A stretch of DNA of 54,692 nucleotides from Puniceicoccales bacterium (GTDB taxonomy: Bacteria > Verrucomicrobiota > Verrucomicrobiia > Opitutales > UBA953). The notes beneath the pieces are model-generated. The model did no database searches. It saw only the letters and a program-made list of their open reading frames with translations, and had not been told where the DNA came from. The position numbers and the translations under genes were made by a program. The stretch lies in assembly GCA_031285745.1 (NCBI GenBank), contig JAITVQ010000161.1:1-54692 (forward strand), written 5' to 3'. This document shows positions 36,184 to 44,916 of this stretch, one piece after another; the first letter of the stretch is position 1, and every line of letters starts with the position of its first letter.

Positions 36184-36716
36184 AGCATCCGCCTCCATTT
36201 TTTGCAAGAGCCTGGCATACTGCCAATCGGGACACATTGCTAAATCCACCAATTAAGGAGTGGGCGCGATTTTATCTAACTCGATCCACAGTATCTGTTG
36301 ATCCTTTTGCTAGAAATTCCAGTTTGGCAAACTGGACAAATGACCTGAATCCTGAAACAGCCGCTAACTTCCACATGGATGCTTTTGATTTTTTACTGCA
36401 TCTTAAAAAAGAAGGGGTGACTTGTGACCTTTGCATATTTGACCCTCCTTATTCACGTGCGCAGGTAAAGGAATGTTATGAGGGAGTTGGGCGTCATTTT
36501 GGGCAAGCCGATTCTCAAGGTTTTACAGGCAACTGGAAAAAGGAACGTGATGCCCTTGATTCGATCTTGGCGCCGGGCGGTGTGGTATTATCATTTGGCT
36601 GGAATTCATCGGGGATGACTTTGGCACGCGGATATACTCTTGAAAGCGTCCTCCTCGTTTGTCATGGAGGTGCCCATCATGACACCATTTGTATCGCAGA
36701 GAGAAAACAGTCGTGA
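36180..36716 (+). CDS. Small DNA (N6-adenine or N4-cytosine) methyltransferase-like protein
   Basis: 178 aa. The GTG start overlaps the dnaB stop (GTGA). VDPFARNS is motif I-like, FDPPY is catalytic motif IV, and LAPGGVVL is also present. Confidence 0.6.
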   Translation: MKHPPPFFARAWHTANRDTLLNPPIKEWARFYLTRSTVSVDPFARNSSLANWTNDLNPETAANFHMDAFDFLLHLKKEGVTCDLCIFDPPYSRAQVKECYEGVGRHFGQADSQGFTGNWKKERDALDSILAPGGVVLSFGWNSSGMTLARGYTLESVLLVCHGGAHHDTICIAERKQS

Positions 36717-36852
36717 CCGGCGCCGGGGCGACGGCGGCAAAATGAACCTCCCGCACGATGCGGGAGACTATTCGCGAGCCTATCGCAGCCACCCCGCGAT
36801 GATCCAGCGGGCATCCCGCGCCTCAAATTTGCCAGCCCCCTCGCTTTATCCC

Positions 36853-36998
36853 ATACCCTTATCACCATTCAGATCATGACCCTTTATAGCATTCTGACCC
36901 CAGATTCAGCCCCAGCCCCACGATCCTTGATTCTATGGGCATTTAAAGGTTCCTTGAATTTATTTAACCCTTTTTAAGGTTTTCCTGCTCTCTCAACA
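36853..36998 (+). repeat. Right terminal inverted repeat and putative transposase-binding end (attR-like)
   Basis: ACCCTTA at 36855-36861, ACCCTTT at 36879-36885 and 36967-36973, TTTCCTGC at 36981-36988, and terminal CAACA ending at 36998. This mirrors the left end. Confidence 0.55.
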
Positions 36999-37022
36999 GG
37001 CGTCTTCTTCATCCTTCTCGGA

Positions 37023-37436
37023 TTGGTTGCCGCACCCTCACTTCTTTTGGCTAAAAAGCCAAATGCCAAAGAGATCTTCGACAAGATCGCACCCTACCAA
37101 GGCTGGGCTGGTGTCGTATTTTGTATCTGGGGCATCTGGGGCATTATCAGCGCGATTCTGACACTGGGCTGGCTCAGCCACGGTGCCGGGTGGATCATTG
37201 CCTGGGTTATCCTGCTCGTAGGCAGCATTGTTGAAGCCGGCGTCGGCTTCATCCTCGGCTTTGCGCTTATCGACAAATATGTTCTCTCCAAGAACCCCCA
37301 GACACAGGCCAAGGGTAAGGAATTGCTCGCCAAGCTGATCCCGCTTCAGGGCACCTTGGGACTCGTTTCCATTGTTCTGGGCATTGTTTACATTGTCCTG
37401 ACAATCATGGTAGTTGCTGCTGCCGCAACCGCCTAA
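37023..37436 (+). CDS. Host integral membrane protein, probably the 3' part of a gene split by the prophage
   Basis: The frame is open from 36978. Host-side sequence starts at 36999 with GVFFILLGLVAAPSLLL, a full TM helix that begins exactly at the junction. The only in-frame start after the junction is TTG at 37023. Four further TM segments follow. Confidence 0.55.
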   Translation: MVAAPSLLLAKKPNAKEIFDKIAPYQGWAGVVFCIWGIWGIISAILTLGWLSHGAGWIIAWVILLVGSIVEAGVGFILGFALIDKYVLSKNPQTQAKGKELLAKLIPLQGTLGLVSIVLGIVYIVLTIMVVAAAATA

Positions 37437-37455
37437 TTTCTAATATATTTCAGTC

Positions 37456-37490
37456 AAAAACTCCCCGGTGAAAACCGGGGAGTTTTTTTT
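37456..37490 (+). terminator. Rho-independent terminator
   Basis: AAAAACTCCCCGG-TGAAAA-CCGGGGAGTTTTTTTT. Perfect 8-bp GC-rich stem (13 bp if the flanking A/T run also pairs), 6-nt loop and a T8 tract, 20 nt after the stop codon. Confidence 0.9.
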
Positions 37491-37862
37491 GTCGCATAAC
37501 ACTTACACTTTTCCGGCTCCATTACCCATCGCCTTTTCGGTTAAGACAGCTTCACAACAGTTGTAGAGTCCCCATTGTCGCTTGTATCATTGAGTCATGT
37601 CGGACGATTTCTCATTTGCTGCTGTTCATGACGTGACCATTCCGTTGGCAGGAACCAAATGTTTGTTGGACAATGAGACTAAATCATTTGATTTCCTGTT
37701 TGCTTCGGCTGATGAAAACGAGAAATCAAACGGAAAGTCATTTGCTTCTCTTCATGATCGAGTCCCGCAAATGATTTTGCCAAATGATACTCTTCACCAT
37801 GGTGTCATATCATTCGCAGGAACCCATCATGAAGAGTACAATGGAGACTCTGCATCCTGCTT

Positions 37863-37967
37863 TCATGCATCTAACCTCAATTTTACGAGGTTTCCCAGAT
37901 GTGCAGGATATTCCAGTGCCGGAACTCATCATGCATCTAACCTCAATTTTACGAGGTTTCCCAGATG
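37863..37967 (+). repeat. Two perfect 39-bp direct repeats, each with an internal hairpin
   Basis: TCATGCATCTAACCTCAATTTTACGAGGTTTCCCAGATG occurs at 37863-37901 and 37929-37967, with a 27-bp spacer. Within each copy, CATCT/AGATG and AACCTC/GAGGTT can pair. Confidence 0.9.
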
Positions 37968-38195
37968 GATAGACCCAGTTTCTTAAACAAGACAAGGATA
38001 CAGCAAACGTCCAGACCCTGGCAAACTCTCCGAGAAGACCACATTCCCTGCCGAATATAGTATTTTCGATCAATATGAAGATGGCAGGCACGGCTTGCTT
38101 CCCCTGTAGACTATTAAAACCTTCCGACTCTATTGATTGGAGATATTATAAAATTAACTCGTACAGGCATTTTCTGCCCATATTCAATTTCCGAT

Positions 38196-38654
38196 ATGAG
38201 CGAAAATCTCCCACCCTCGCTTGATCCTCCTCCGAAACTAGACCCACCCTATTATGAACCTGAGTCTTCCCCGGATTTAGCCTCCAGTGTTTCAAACAAT
38301 GACAACAACAGTAGCGAGTCTCCTTTCGACGAAATCCCCAATGATGTAAAATCCATCGCCATGCTGGCACACCTGCTTTCCATCTTTGTTGGCGTGCTGG
38401 CCCCCCTGCTAATCTGGTTACTGAAAGGACAAACACATCCTTTTATCAATACGCATGCGAAAGAAGCCCTGAATTTTCAAATTACCATAGGTCTCGCGTT
38501 TATCGTCAGCCTGCTCCTCGGATTATTGGGGACAGGTTCCATGCTCTTTGTGGTCGTGCTCATAGTGAATATTGTCCTCTGCATCACCGGTGGGCTAAGA
38601 AGCAAAGACGGGAACACTTATCACTATCCAGTCGCGCTACGACTGGTTGATTAA
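38196..38654 (+). CDS. DUF4870-like membrane protein
   Basis: 152 aa from the ATG at 38196. It has a Pro-rich N-terminus, then AMLAHLLSIFVGVLAPLLIWLLKG...INTHAKEALNFQIT, which is typical of this family. Confidence 0.65.
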   Translation: MSENLPPSLDPPPKLDPPYYEPESSPDLASSVSNNDNNSSESPFDEIPNDVKSIAMLAHLLSIFVGVLAPLLIWLLKGQTHPFINTHAKEALNFQITIGLAFIVSLLLGLLGTGSMLFVVVLIVNIVLCITGGLRSKDGNTYHYPVALRLVD

Positions 38655-39997
38655 GGAGCTTTTTCCCCGGAAGACGCGCCCTTTGGTTCTGCTGAAATAA
38701 CCGCGTCTCTTTCCCAATGCAGGGACTTGGGTGCCTGTTTGAAACGTATCCATCCGAACGAAGATCTTTCCCCTGGATTCAACATCTGTGGCGTCGAGGA
38801 GATTTGCTGGAAGGTCACTGATGATCCATCCTTGGCTACGATCTTATAACCACCGATGGCATCGGCGGCGACTAATGAAGCATCCTCCCAGGTAATTTTC
38901 ACAGCAGAAGGCTGTGACGTCGCCAAGTCCCCGGTGTTCTTCAGAAACAAATCCTGCAATAATCCATCTGTTGTTTCAAATTGCGCATCAACGCGTATCG
39001 CTGGCAATTCGCCTCGGCGTACCTTATTCCAAGCTGTTGTCGTCCAGTTGAGCCGGTCTTCAGGAACAGGCAGACGATACCATACAACTCCCGTAAGCAT
39101 GGCCGGGTGAGATTGCTGCCATTCCTTGACCAGTGTCGCCAGAGCCGCCGCATCGGCGGAGATCATTTTCCAACCAACGACGCCTTGCGGTTCGCTATCC
39201 ACTGACTCTGCAGCCACCCCTACATAGCGTCCTTTCGCGTCAAACCCAACGCGATAGGTATATGTCGGCAAAGCCACGCGGAACGGTTTGCCCAAACGAG
39301 CGGCCTGCCGCATCCAACGCCGTGTCTGCACTGTGTCGCAAAGGGGCGGCAATTCTCCTTTCTTTGTCGCAGGAGACACGGAATGAACCTGTAGAACGTA
39401 ACCATCGGCAATGTTGATAACCTTGCGAAAACCTACGGAATCCAACCAAGCCGGAAGCGCGGTAATGCTAACGGGAATCGTACCAGCGATCTCCTTGGCC
39501 TGGGTTATCCATTGGGCATATTCGGACAGGCAACGGGTCGGGCAGTCGAAATCGAGCTGTATCTCCGCAGGTGTCCAACCCGCTTTTTGAGCGGACCCCA
39601 ATGAGTCCCGAACAGCCCGGGCGACCGCCTGGCTCATGGAATTCTCCCGGTTAAAAGGTCCGCCATGCGCGCCTATTCTGATTACCAGGGCAATGGGTTT
39701 CTGCAATGTCGCCAGCAAGGCGTAGTCCGGCAACACAGGCCGAATTTTCGGATTACCGCCACCGGGCATAATTTCAGCAGAGACAACCAGTAATTGCTGG
39801 ATTGTCACGTCCTGGTCGGCGGAATGAACAGCCCCGACCACACCCTCGGTCCAGCGATATTGCCAAATATAAACGGAATCAGGCAGTGCTCCTGTCGCCT
39901 GCGGAACGGGTCCGAAAAAATGCCAAGCCACAAATCCGACCACCCCGATCACCAATGCGAAGCACACGAGCAGGCCGACTCGAATACGCTTTTTCAT
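38651..39997 (-). CDS. Signal-anchored hypothetical protein (DUF3142-like)
   Basis: 448 aa with an N-terminal TM anchor. The motifs SVYIWQYRW and ...EIQLDFDCP fit my recollection of DUF3142. Confidence 0.55.
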   Translation of the reverse strand: MKKRIRVGLLVCFALVIGVVGFVAWHFFGPVPQATGALPDSVYIWQYRWTEGVVGAVHSADQDVTIQQLLVVSAEIMPGGGNPKIRPVLPDYALLATLQKPIALVIRIGAHGGPFNRENSMSQAVARAVRDSLGSAQKAGWTPAEIQLDFDCPTRCLSEYAQWITQAKEIAGTIPVSITALPAWLDSVGFRKVINIADGYVLQVHSVSPATKKGELPPLCDTVQTRRWMRQAARLGKPFRVALPTYTYRVGFDAKGRYVGVAAESVDSEPQGVVGWKMISADAAALATLVKEWQQSHPAMLTGVVWYRLPVPEDRLNWTTTAWNKVRRGELPAIRVDAQFETTDGLLQDLFLKNTGDLATSQPSAVKITWEDASLVAADAIGGYKIVAKDGSSVTFQQISSTPQMLNPGERSSFGWIRFKQAPKSLHWERDAVISAEPKGASSGEKAP

Positions 39998-40034
39998 GGC
40001 CGGGTTATTTTCCGACTGTCAGGGCTACTCCAGC

Positions 40035-41306
40035 TTATTCGTAACGGAGTGCCTCAATCGGGTCGAGCTTGGCTGCCCGGACAGCCGGATAAATGCCGGC
40101 CAGCAACCCTACTCCCATACTGAATGCCAACCCTGCCAGCATGATAACCGGCTTAACCGTGGATGTCGCGGCATCGGGCAGTGCATTGGAGAGAATCATA
40201 TTCATGGCAAAGATAATGCCGAAAGAAACCCCCAAGCCGATGATGCCACCCAGGCAACTAATGACCCCGGCCTCCGCCAGAAACTGGAAGAAGATATCGG
40301 AACCGCGCGCGCCAATCGCCTTGCGCACCCCGATTTCCCGGATGCGCTCGTTGATGGACGCCAGCATGACGTTCATGATCCCGATGGCGCCGACAAAGAG
40401 CGAAATGCCAGCCACCCCTCCCAGAGAGAAGGTGAAAGACGCCTCGGTTTTCTGAAATTCGGCCAGCATTGTCTCATTGGTATTGATGCTAAAATCCTGC
40501 AAACCGTCGTGTGTCTGGATCAAAATGTTCTCAATCTGGGGAACCGCATAAATCACATCCTCTGCCTTCGCGACACTGACGTTGAGCGTGGTCAAGGTAT
40601 CGTTGCCGGTATATCGGCTGATCGCGGTCTGGAGAGGAATGTAAATATCGTTATTCATCCAGCGGTTGATCCCGCTCCGGCTCCCGCGGCGCTGGTTTCC
40701 CCGACTGGGTTGGCCAGGCGGTTCGACCGGTTCAAGAACGCCGACAATGACAAATTGGGTCCCGCGAATCTTGATGGTCTGTCCGATCGGATCCTCGTGT
40801 TCAGTGAAAAGAACATCGGCTGTATAAGCACCCAACACTGCCACATTGGTTTTTTGCAAAAGATCAAGGTCGGCAATAAACCGTCCGGTTGCCAGCTTGC
40901 GTTTGTTGACGGGCAGCCAATCGGGCGTCACCCCAGTCACGCGGGTATTCATCTCGTTGCCGGGCCGGGTAATTCGCTCCCATCCTGCCCGAATCTCAGG
41001 CGCAATATAACGCACCAAGGGAGCACCGACTTCAATGGCCTTCACGTCGCGCATCGTGATGCCAACGGAAAGCGCGGAAAGGTGTTCCTGTTCCTTGGGC
41101 AAGTCATCCTTGGCGATGGAGATTTTTTCAATCCCCCCCTGCAATTCCACGAACTTGCGAAATCCACCCATCATCCCTTGGACGACGGTGACCATCGCAA
41201 TAAGGGCCGCGACACCCAGAATAATACCCGACATGGAAAGCAGGGAACGAATCTTGTTCGCCCAAAGCTCCCGAAGTCCATTGATAATGGCGGCAAATAT
41301 GTTCAT
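40035..41306 (-). CDS. MacB/FtsX-family ABC transporter permease
   Basis: 423 aa. Its architecture is an N-terminal TM, a large periplasmic domain, then three C-terminal TM segments. RIREIGVRKAIGA is the FtsX-family motif. Confidence 0.85.
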   Translation of the reverse strand: MNIFAAIINGLRELWANKIRSLLSMSGIILGVAALIAMVTVVQGMMGGFRKFVELQGGIEKISIAKDDLPKEQEHLSALSVGITMRDVKAIEVGAPLVRYIAPEIRAGWERITRPGNEMNTRVTGVTPDWLPVNKRKLATGRFIADLDLLQKTNVAVLGAYTADVLFTEHEDPIGQTIKIRGTQFVIVGVLEPVEPPGQPSRGNQRRGSRSGINRWMNNDIYIPLQTAISRYTGNDTLTTLNVSVAKAEDVIYAVPQIENILIQTHDGLQDFSINTNETMLAEFQKTEASFTFSLGGVAGISLFVGAIGIMNVMLASINERIREIGVRKAIGARGSDIFFQFLAEAGVISCLGGIIGLGVSFGIIFAMNMILSNALPDAATSTVKPVIMLAGLAFSMGVGLLAGIYPAVRAAKLDPIEALRYE

Positions 41307-42016
41307 CGGCGACGATCCTCCTGCACCTTGCCATCACGCATGGAAATAATGCGCCGCGCATGATCGGCCACTCCAAGATCGTGAGTAACCATGATAACCG
41401 TCAACCCTTCGACCAACAGCGAATCCAGAAGATCAAGGATACGTCCGACGTTTTTACTATCGAGATTCCCGGTGGGCTCGTCCGCGAGGATGATCCCCGG
41501 TTGGTTAACGATGGAGCGGGCAATCGCCACGCGCTGGCGCTCTCCTCCCGAAAGTTGACTGGGACGATGATGAATCCGGTGCGTCATGTCCACGCGAGCA
41601 ATCGCCTGTTCGGCCCGAGCCTTGGCATCGTGGATTTTACTGCGGCTATAACGCATCGGCAGCAGTACATTTTCCAGCACCGAGAGACGCGGCAGCAGAT
41701 TGAAAGCCTGAAAAATAAACCCGACCCGGTTGGCCCGATACCAAGCCCGGCGGGACGCACTAATCCGGCTGACATCCTCGCCTTCAAAACTGATCTTTCC
41801 GCTGGTCGCTTTATCCATGAACCCGAGGATATGCATAAGCGTGGACTTTCCCGACCCTGACGGCCCCAGCACAGCCAGAAATTCTCCACGATCTATGGTC
41901 AAATCCACCCCATCGAGGGCGTGTACCTGCTCGTCACCCATGATGTAGGTCTTCCGCAGGTCCTTTATCGTGACCAGGGATGATCCGGCGGCGGCGTTGG
42001 TGACAGGTTTCGTCAT
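41303..42016 (-). CDS. ABC transporter ATP-binding protein (MacB/LolD type)
   Basis: Walker A GPSGSGKST, signature LSGGERQRVAIAR and Walker B ILADEPTGNLD. Confidence 0.95.
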   Translation of the reverse strand: MTKPVTNAAAGSSLVTIKDLRKTYIMGDEQVHALDGVDLTIDRGEFLAVLGPSGSGKSTLMHILGFMDKATSGKISFEGEDVSRISASRRAWYRANRVGFIFQAFNLLPRLSVLENVLLPMRYSRSKIHDAKARAEQAIARVDMTHRIHHRPSQLSGGERQRVAIARSIVNQPGIILADEPTGNLDSKNVGRILDLLDSLLVEGLTVIMVTHDLGVADHARRIISMRDGKVQEDRRR

Positions 42017-42058
42017 GGATGAATAATCAGATATAATCGTCGAGGAGTTAACTGTCTC

Positions 42059-43204
42059 CTATTTACGATCCTCCTTGGGAGGACGAATAAGGCTGACCGT
42101 GTCCCCTTCGGAAATACCCTCGGTTATTTCAATATACCCGTCGTTGTTGATGCCTGTTTTTACCACCTGCCGTTTATAGGTTTTATTGGACTGCTCCACA
42201 TATACACATCGATCATTTCCTTCGATGAAGACCGCGGAAACCGGTACCGCCAGGGCATTCTTCACACTGGCGATAATCATGCTGATATTGGCGCTGATTC
42301 CCGGGCGGATGGAATGGCCCTCCGAGGAAAAGGAAACCTTGATCGGAAAAACCCTTAACGCCGTGCTCAATGAGGCGGTCGTACTGGAGCTGGTAGACAA
42401 GCCGGAGGGGGAAATGAAAAACAACTTACCGGTCACCTTGATGTCCGGCAGCGAGTCGAAGGTAAGAACAGCTGGTGTGCTTTCCTGAATTTTCGCGACA
42501 TCAAACTCATTCAGGTTAGCCTGAACAATGAGCTGGCTCAGGTTATTCACCTTCATGAGCGTAGTGCCACTGTTGACGGAGCCCGCACCAACCACGACTT
42601 GGCCGACATTGACGTCCAAATTGGTCACCATGCCATCGTGTGGTGCCAGAATTGTGGTTTTATCGTAATTTTCCTGGGCCTTGTCTACACGGGATTGTTG
42701 AACCGCCAAGGAAACCTCGGCATTCTTCTCAGCAGTCTCTGCATCCAGCCAATCCTTCTCTGTCGCAAACCCATCGGCATACAATTTTTTATATCGCGTG
42801 TGATCTCGCTTGGCCTTTTCAAGGGAGATTTTCTGCATCTGTAAACTCTGCTGGGCCTCCTCGAGTTCGGCCTCGGTAAGTTTTTTATCCAGGACGACAA
42901 GAATCTCACCTGGAGCCTCCTGCTTGCCATCCTTTCCCAGCTTTGGGCCCTTTACCATATCGCCATTTTCAACTTTTATCTCCAAAATTTTTCCGCTCAC
43001 TTCCGACTTCACCTCGGTGGCAATAAGCGGCTCAACAAATCCACTGACGTCCACGCTCCGATCAATATCACGACGGGTGACTTTCACGACTGGATAGGCA
43101 GAGACTTCCTGTTTGCCGTTACCCATCGGAAGGCTGTCCTTGAAATAATAGCCGGCGCCACCAAGCGCACCAAGGATAACGATGGCGATGATGATTTTCT
43201 TCAT
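42059..43204 (-). CDS. Efflux periplasmic adaptor (HlyD/MacA family)
   Basis: 381 aa. A signal anchor is followed by lipoyl-like, coiled-coil and beta-barrel segments. The gene is in an operon with the ABC pump and TolC. Confidence 0.8.
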   Translation of the reverse strand: MKKIIIAIVILGALGGAGYYFKDSLPMGNGKQEVSAYPVVKVTRRDIDRSVDVSGFVEPLIATEVKSEVSGKILEIKVENGDMVKGPKLGKDGKQEAPGEILVVLDKKLTEAELEEAQQSLQMQKISLEKAKRDHTRYKKLYADGFATEKDWLDAETAEKNAEVSLAVQQSRVDKAQENYDKTTILAPHDGMVTNLDVNVGQVVVGAGSVNSGTTLMKVNNLSQLIVQANLNEFDVAKIQESTPAVLTFDSLPDIKVTGKLFFISPSGLSTSSSTTASLSTALRVFPIKVSFSSEGHSIRPGISANISMIIASVKNALAVPVSAVFIEGNDRCVYVEQSNKTYKRQVVKTGINNDGYIEITEGISEGDTVSLIRPPKEDRK

Positions 43205-43240
43205 TTGGAAAAACGTTGGAGAAATTTCATAGTGGAATGA

Positions 43241-44803
43241 TCAACGGGAAGCAGTCCCATTGTCATAGGTCATGACTGGTGGTTCTTTGCCGGCTTGTTC
43301 ATCCATGACTTCCCAGGAAAAGCCGAGATTGGACAAAATGGTCCCATCAAGTCGGGCCACGGCGGCGGCAGCTACCACACAATCCAACATGGATTGCAGA
43401 TTGCTCAATTCTGCCGCATCGAAAGATGCCTTGGCGACCAGCACATCGCTCATGGTTGAAGCGCCTACCGCATACTTGGCCCGTTCACCATCATAGGCTT
43501 CGCGCTTTAAAGAAACAGTGGCCTGGGTGGCAGCCAACCTATCGCGGGATGTTTCCAAGGCTCGCCAAGCGCTCCGGGCATTGAACATGGTTTGCTGCTG
43601 GGTGGTCACCTGCAACAGAAACGCCTGCTCACGGGCCTTGCGGGCCTGACGCAACCTGGCCTCGCTTTCACGAAAACCCAAGGGTATTGAAAGCTCCACC
43701 CCCGCATTAAGTCCGTATCCGCTCCGCGTAAAAACGCCGGTATAGGCATTGCCGACAGTCCGATCCCGACCCAATGCGGATGCTCCCGCAATCAAGTCCA
43801 GCGACGGTTGATCGGCATTATCGGCAACCAAGACATCCAAGTCGGCCTGCTCAATCTCAATGGATCGTACCTGGGCATCAATATCGAAGGAACGCACCTT
43901 GGGAATCCACCGGGCAAATGCAGGCATGGATTCAGGTGCTGTCTGGGGAAGCTCCACAGTGGCGAGCGGCGCAGGATCAACTTGGTTCATCTCACTCAGC
44001 AACAACCGCAAGTTGTCTTCTGCATCAGCAATGCTTTGTCGCGCGTTAATAATGGCGACACGTTGCGATGCGACATCGGCTTCCGCCTGCAGCACATCTT
44101 GCTTCAAGCCATCCCCGGCAACTTTTCGGGCCTGGGCTTGCTTGAGCAGCGCCTCGGCACTCTCCAGATTACTCAGGCGTAATTGCAGAAGCGCATGATT
44201 GGCTGAAAGGGTCCAGTAGGCCACCTCCACATCGCGCAGTAGATCCAGCACGGCCTTGCGCAGGTTCAGCTTGCTCTTGGTCAGATTTTGCCGCGCCTGG
44301 GCAATGGGTGCCAGATTCACGGTGCGTCCGGCTCCGCTCAAAAGGGGTTGCCGCCCCTCTATGCTAAACGCCACGGCATTATCGGGCGACATGTATATCC
44401 CTGACGGATTAGTCCAATCTGTCCCGAGCGAGGTAGCCAGTGAAACAGTGCCTCCGGTGGAGAATTTCTTGGAAATACCCAACGAAGAATCCCACGTATC
44501 GTTGATCGAGCGGGAAACGGAATAATCCGTCGGCTTGGCCGAAAGAGAACGCCTCCATCCGGTTTCCGCAGTAAACGTGGGATCAAAAACACTCTCGGCA
44601 ATGTCAATGCTGTCAGCGACGATATCCGTATCAATACGGTTAACGGCAATCCCCAGGTTTCGAAGCAACGCCTTGTCGGCGACCTCCCGGAGCGAAAGTA
44701 CTTTTTGCGGAACAGGCTCCCCGGCGACAGTCGACGAAAACTCCTGCGCAGACAAAACCACAGGGCCTAGTGCCAATAAGATAGGAACCAGTCGAAAGAT
44801 CAT
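43241..44803 (-). CDS. TolC-family outer membrane efflux protein
   Basis: 520 aa with a signal peptide and two repeated helical OEP-like halves. The operon context supports the call. Confidence 0.8.
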   Translation of the reverse strand: MIFRLVPILLALGPVVLSAQEFSSTVAGEPVPQKVLSLREVADKALLRNLGIAVNRIDTDIVADSIDIAESVFDPTFTAETGWRRSLSAKPTDYSVSRSINDTWDSSLGISKKFSTGGTVSLATSLGTDWTNPSGIYMSPDNAVAFSIEGRQPLLSGAGRTVNLAPIAQARQNLTKSKLNLRKAVLDLLRDVEVAYWTLSANHALLQLRLSNLESAEALLKQAQARKVAGDGLKQDVLQAEADVASQRVAIINARQSIADAEDNLRLLLSEMNQVDPAPLATVELPQTAPESMPAFARWIPKVRSFDIDAQVRSIEIEQADLDVLVADNADQPSLDLIAGASALGRDRTVGNAYTGVFTRSGYGLNAGVELSIPLGFRESEARLRQARKAREQAFLLQVTTQQQTMFNARSAWRALETSRDRLAATQATVSLKREAYDGERAKYAVGASTMSDVLVAKASFDAAELSNLQSMLDCVVAAAAVARLDGTILSNLGFSWEVMDEQAGKEPPVMTYDNGTASR

Positions 44804-44916
44804 TTTTATTTGGTGGATTTAATAACACACAAATTCCGTTCTGGTTTCATGAAAAATGCGGATTAGCCCAAAAGGGCCAAAATAATTTCGATTGGCCACC
44901 CAACTCACTCCAAAAA

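Larger units (their letters stand above)
1..36998. mobile_element. Mu-like transposable prophage with a siphovirus-type tail module, apparently complete
   Basis: Contiguous phage gene set. The + strand carries XRE repressor, Ner-like HTH, DDE transposase, MuB-like ATPase, Gam and a GemA-like protein. The - strand carries lysis genes, DUF3486-like TerS, TerL, DUF935-like portal, gpI-like protease-scaffold, capsid, DUF1320-like, MuF-like and gpG-like proteins, tape measure and fibres. No integrase or tRNA att site is present. Bases 1-3 are TGT and 36996-36998 are ACA, and the ends share inverted motifs. Confidence 0.8.

Noticed and set aside
36640-36879. Short ORFs on both strands in the last 300 bp of the prophage
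   Set aside because: They overlap each other and the putative transposase-binding end. The region also contains a hairpin (CTCCCGC-ACGAT-GCGGGAG, 36748-36766) and is probably non-coding.
37863-37967. Possible mini CRISPR array (39-bp palindromic repeats with a 27-bp spacer)
   Set aside because: There are only two copies and no cas genes in the window. The spacer is shorter than the repeat, and the flanks fit a 1.6-copy tandem duplication of a 66-bp unit.
37597-37986. 129-aa + strand ORF, and the 93-aa - strand ORF at 37810..38091
   Set aside because: Both read straight through the duplicated 39-mer, which produces the repeated peptides ASNLNFTRFPR and GKPRKIEVRCM. Both lie in AT-rich sequence and lack protein-like features. 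They are probably not genes.
39996-41363. 455-aa + strand ORF
   Set aside because: It is antisense to the MacB-type permease and ABC ATPase, both of which carry canonical motifs.
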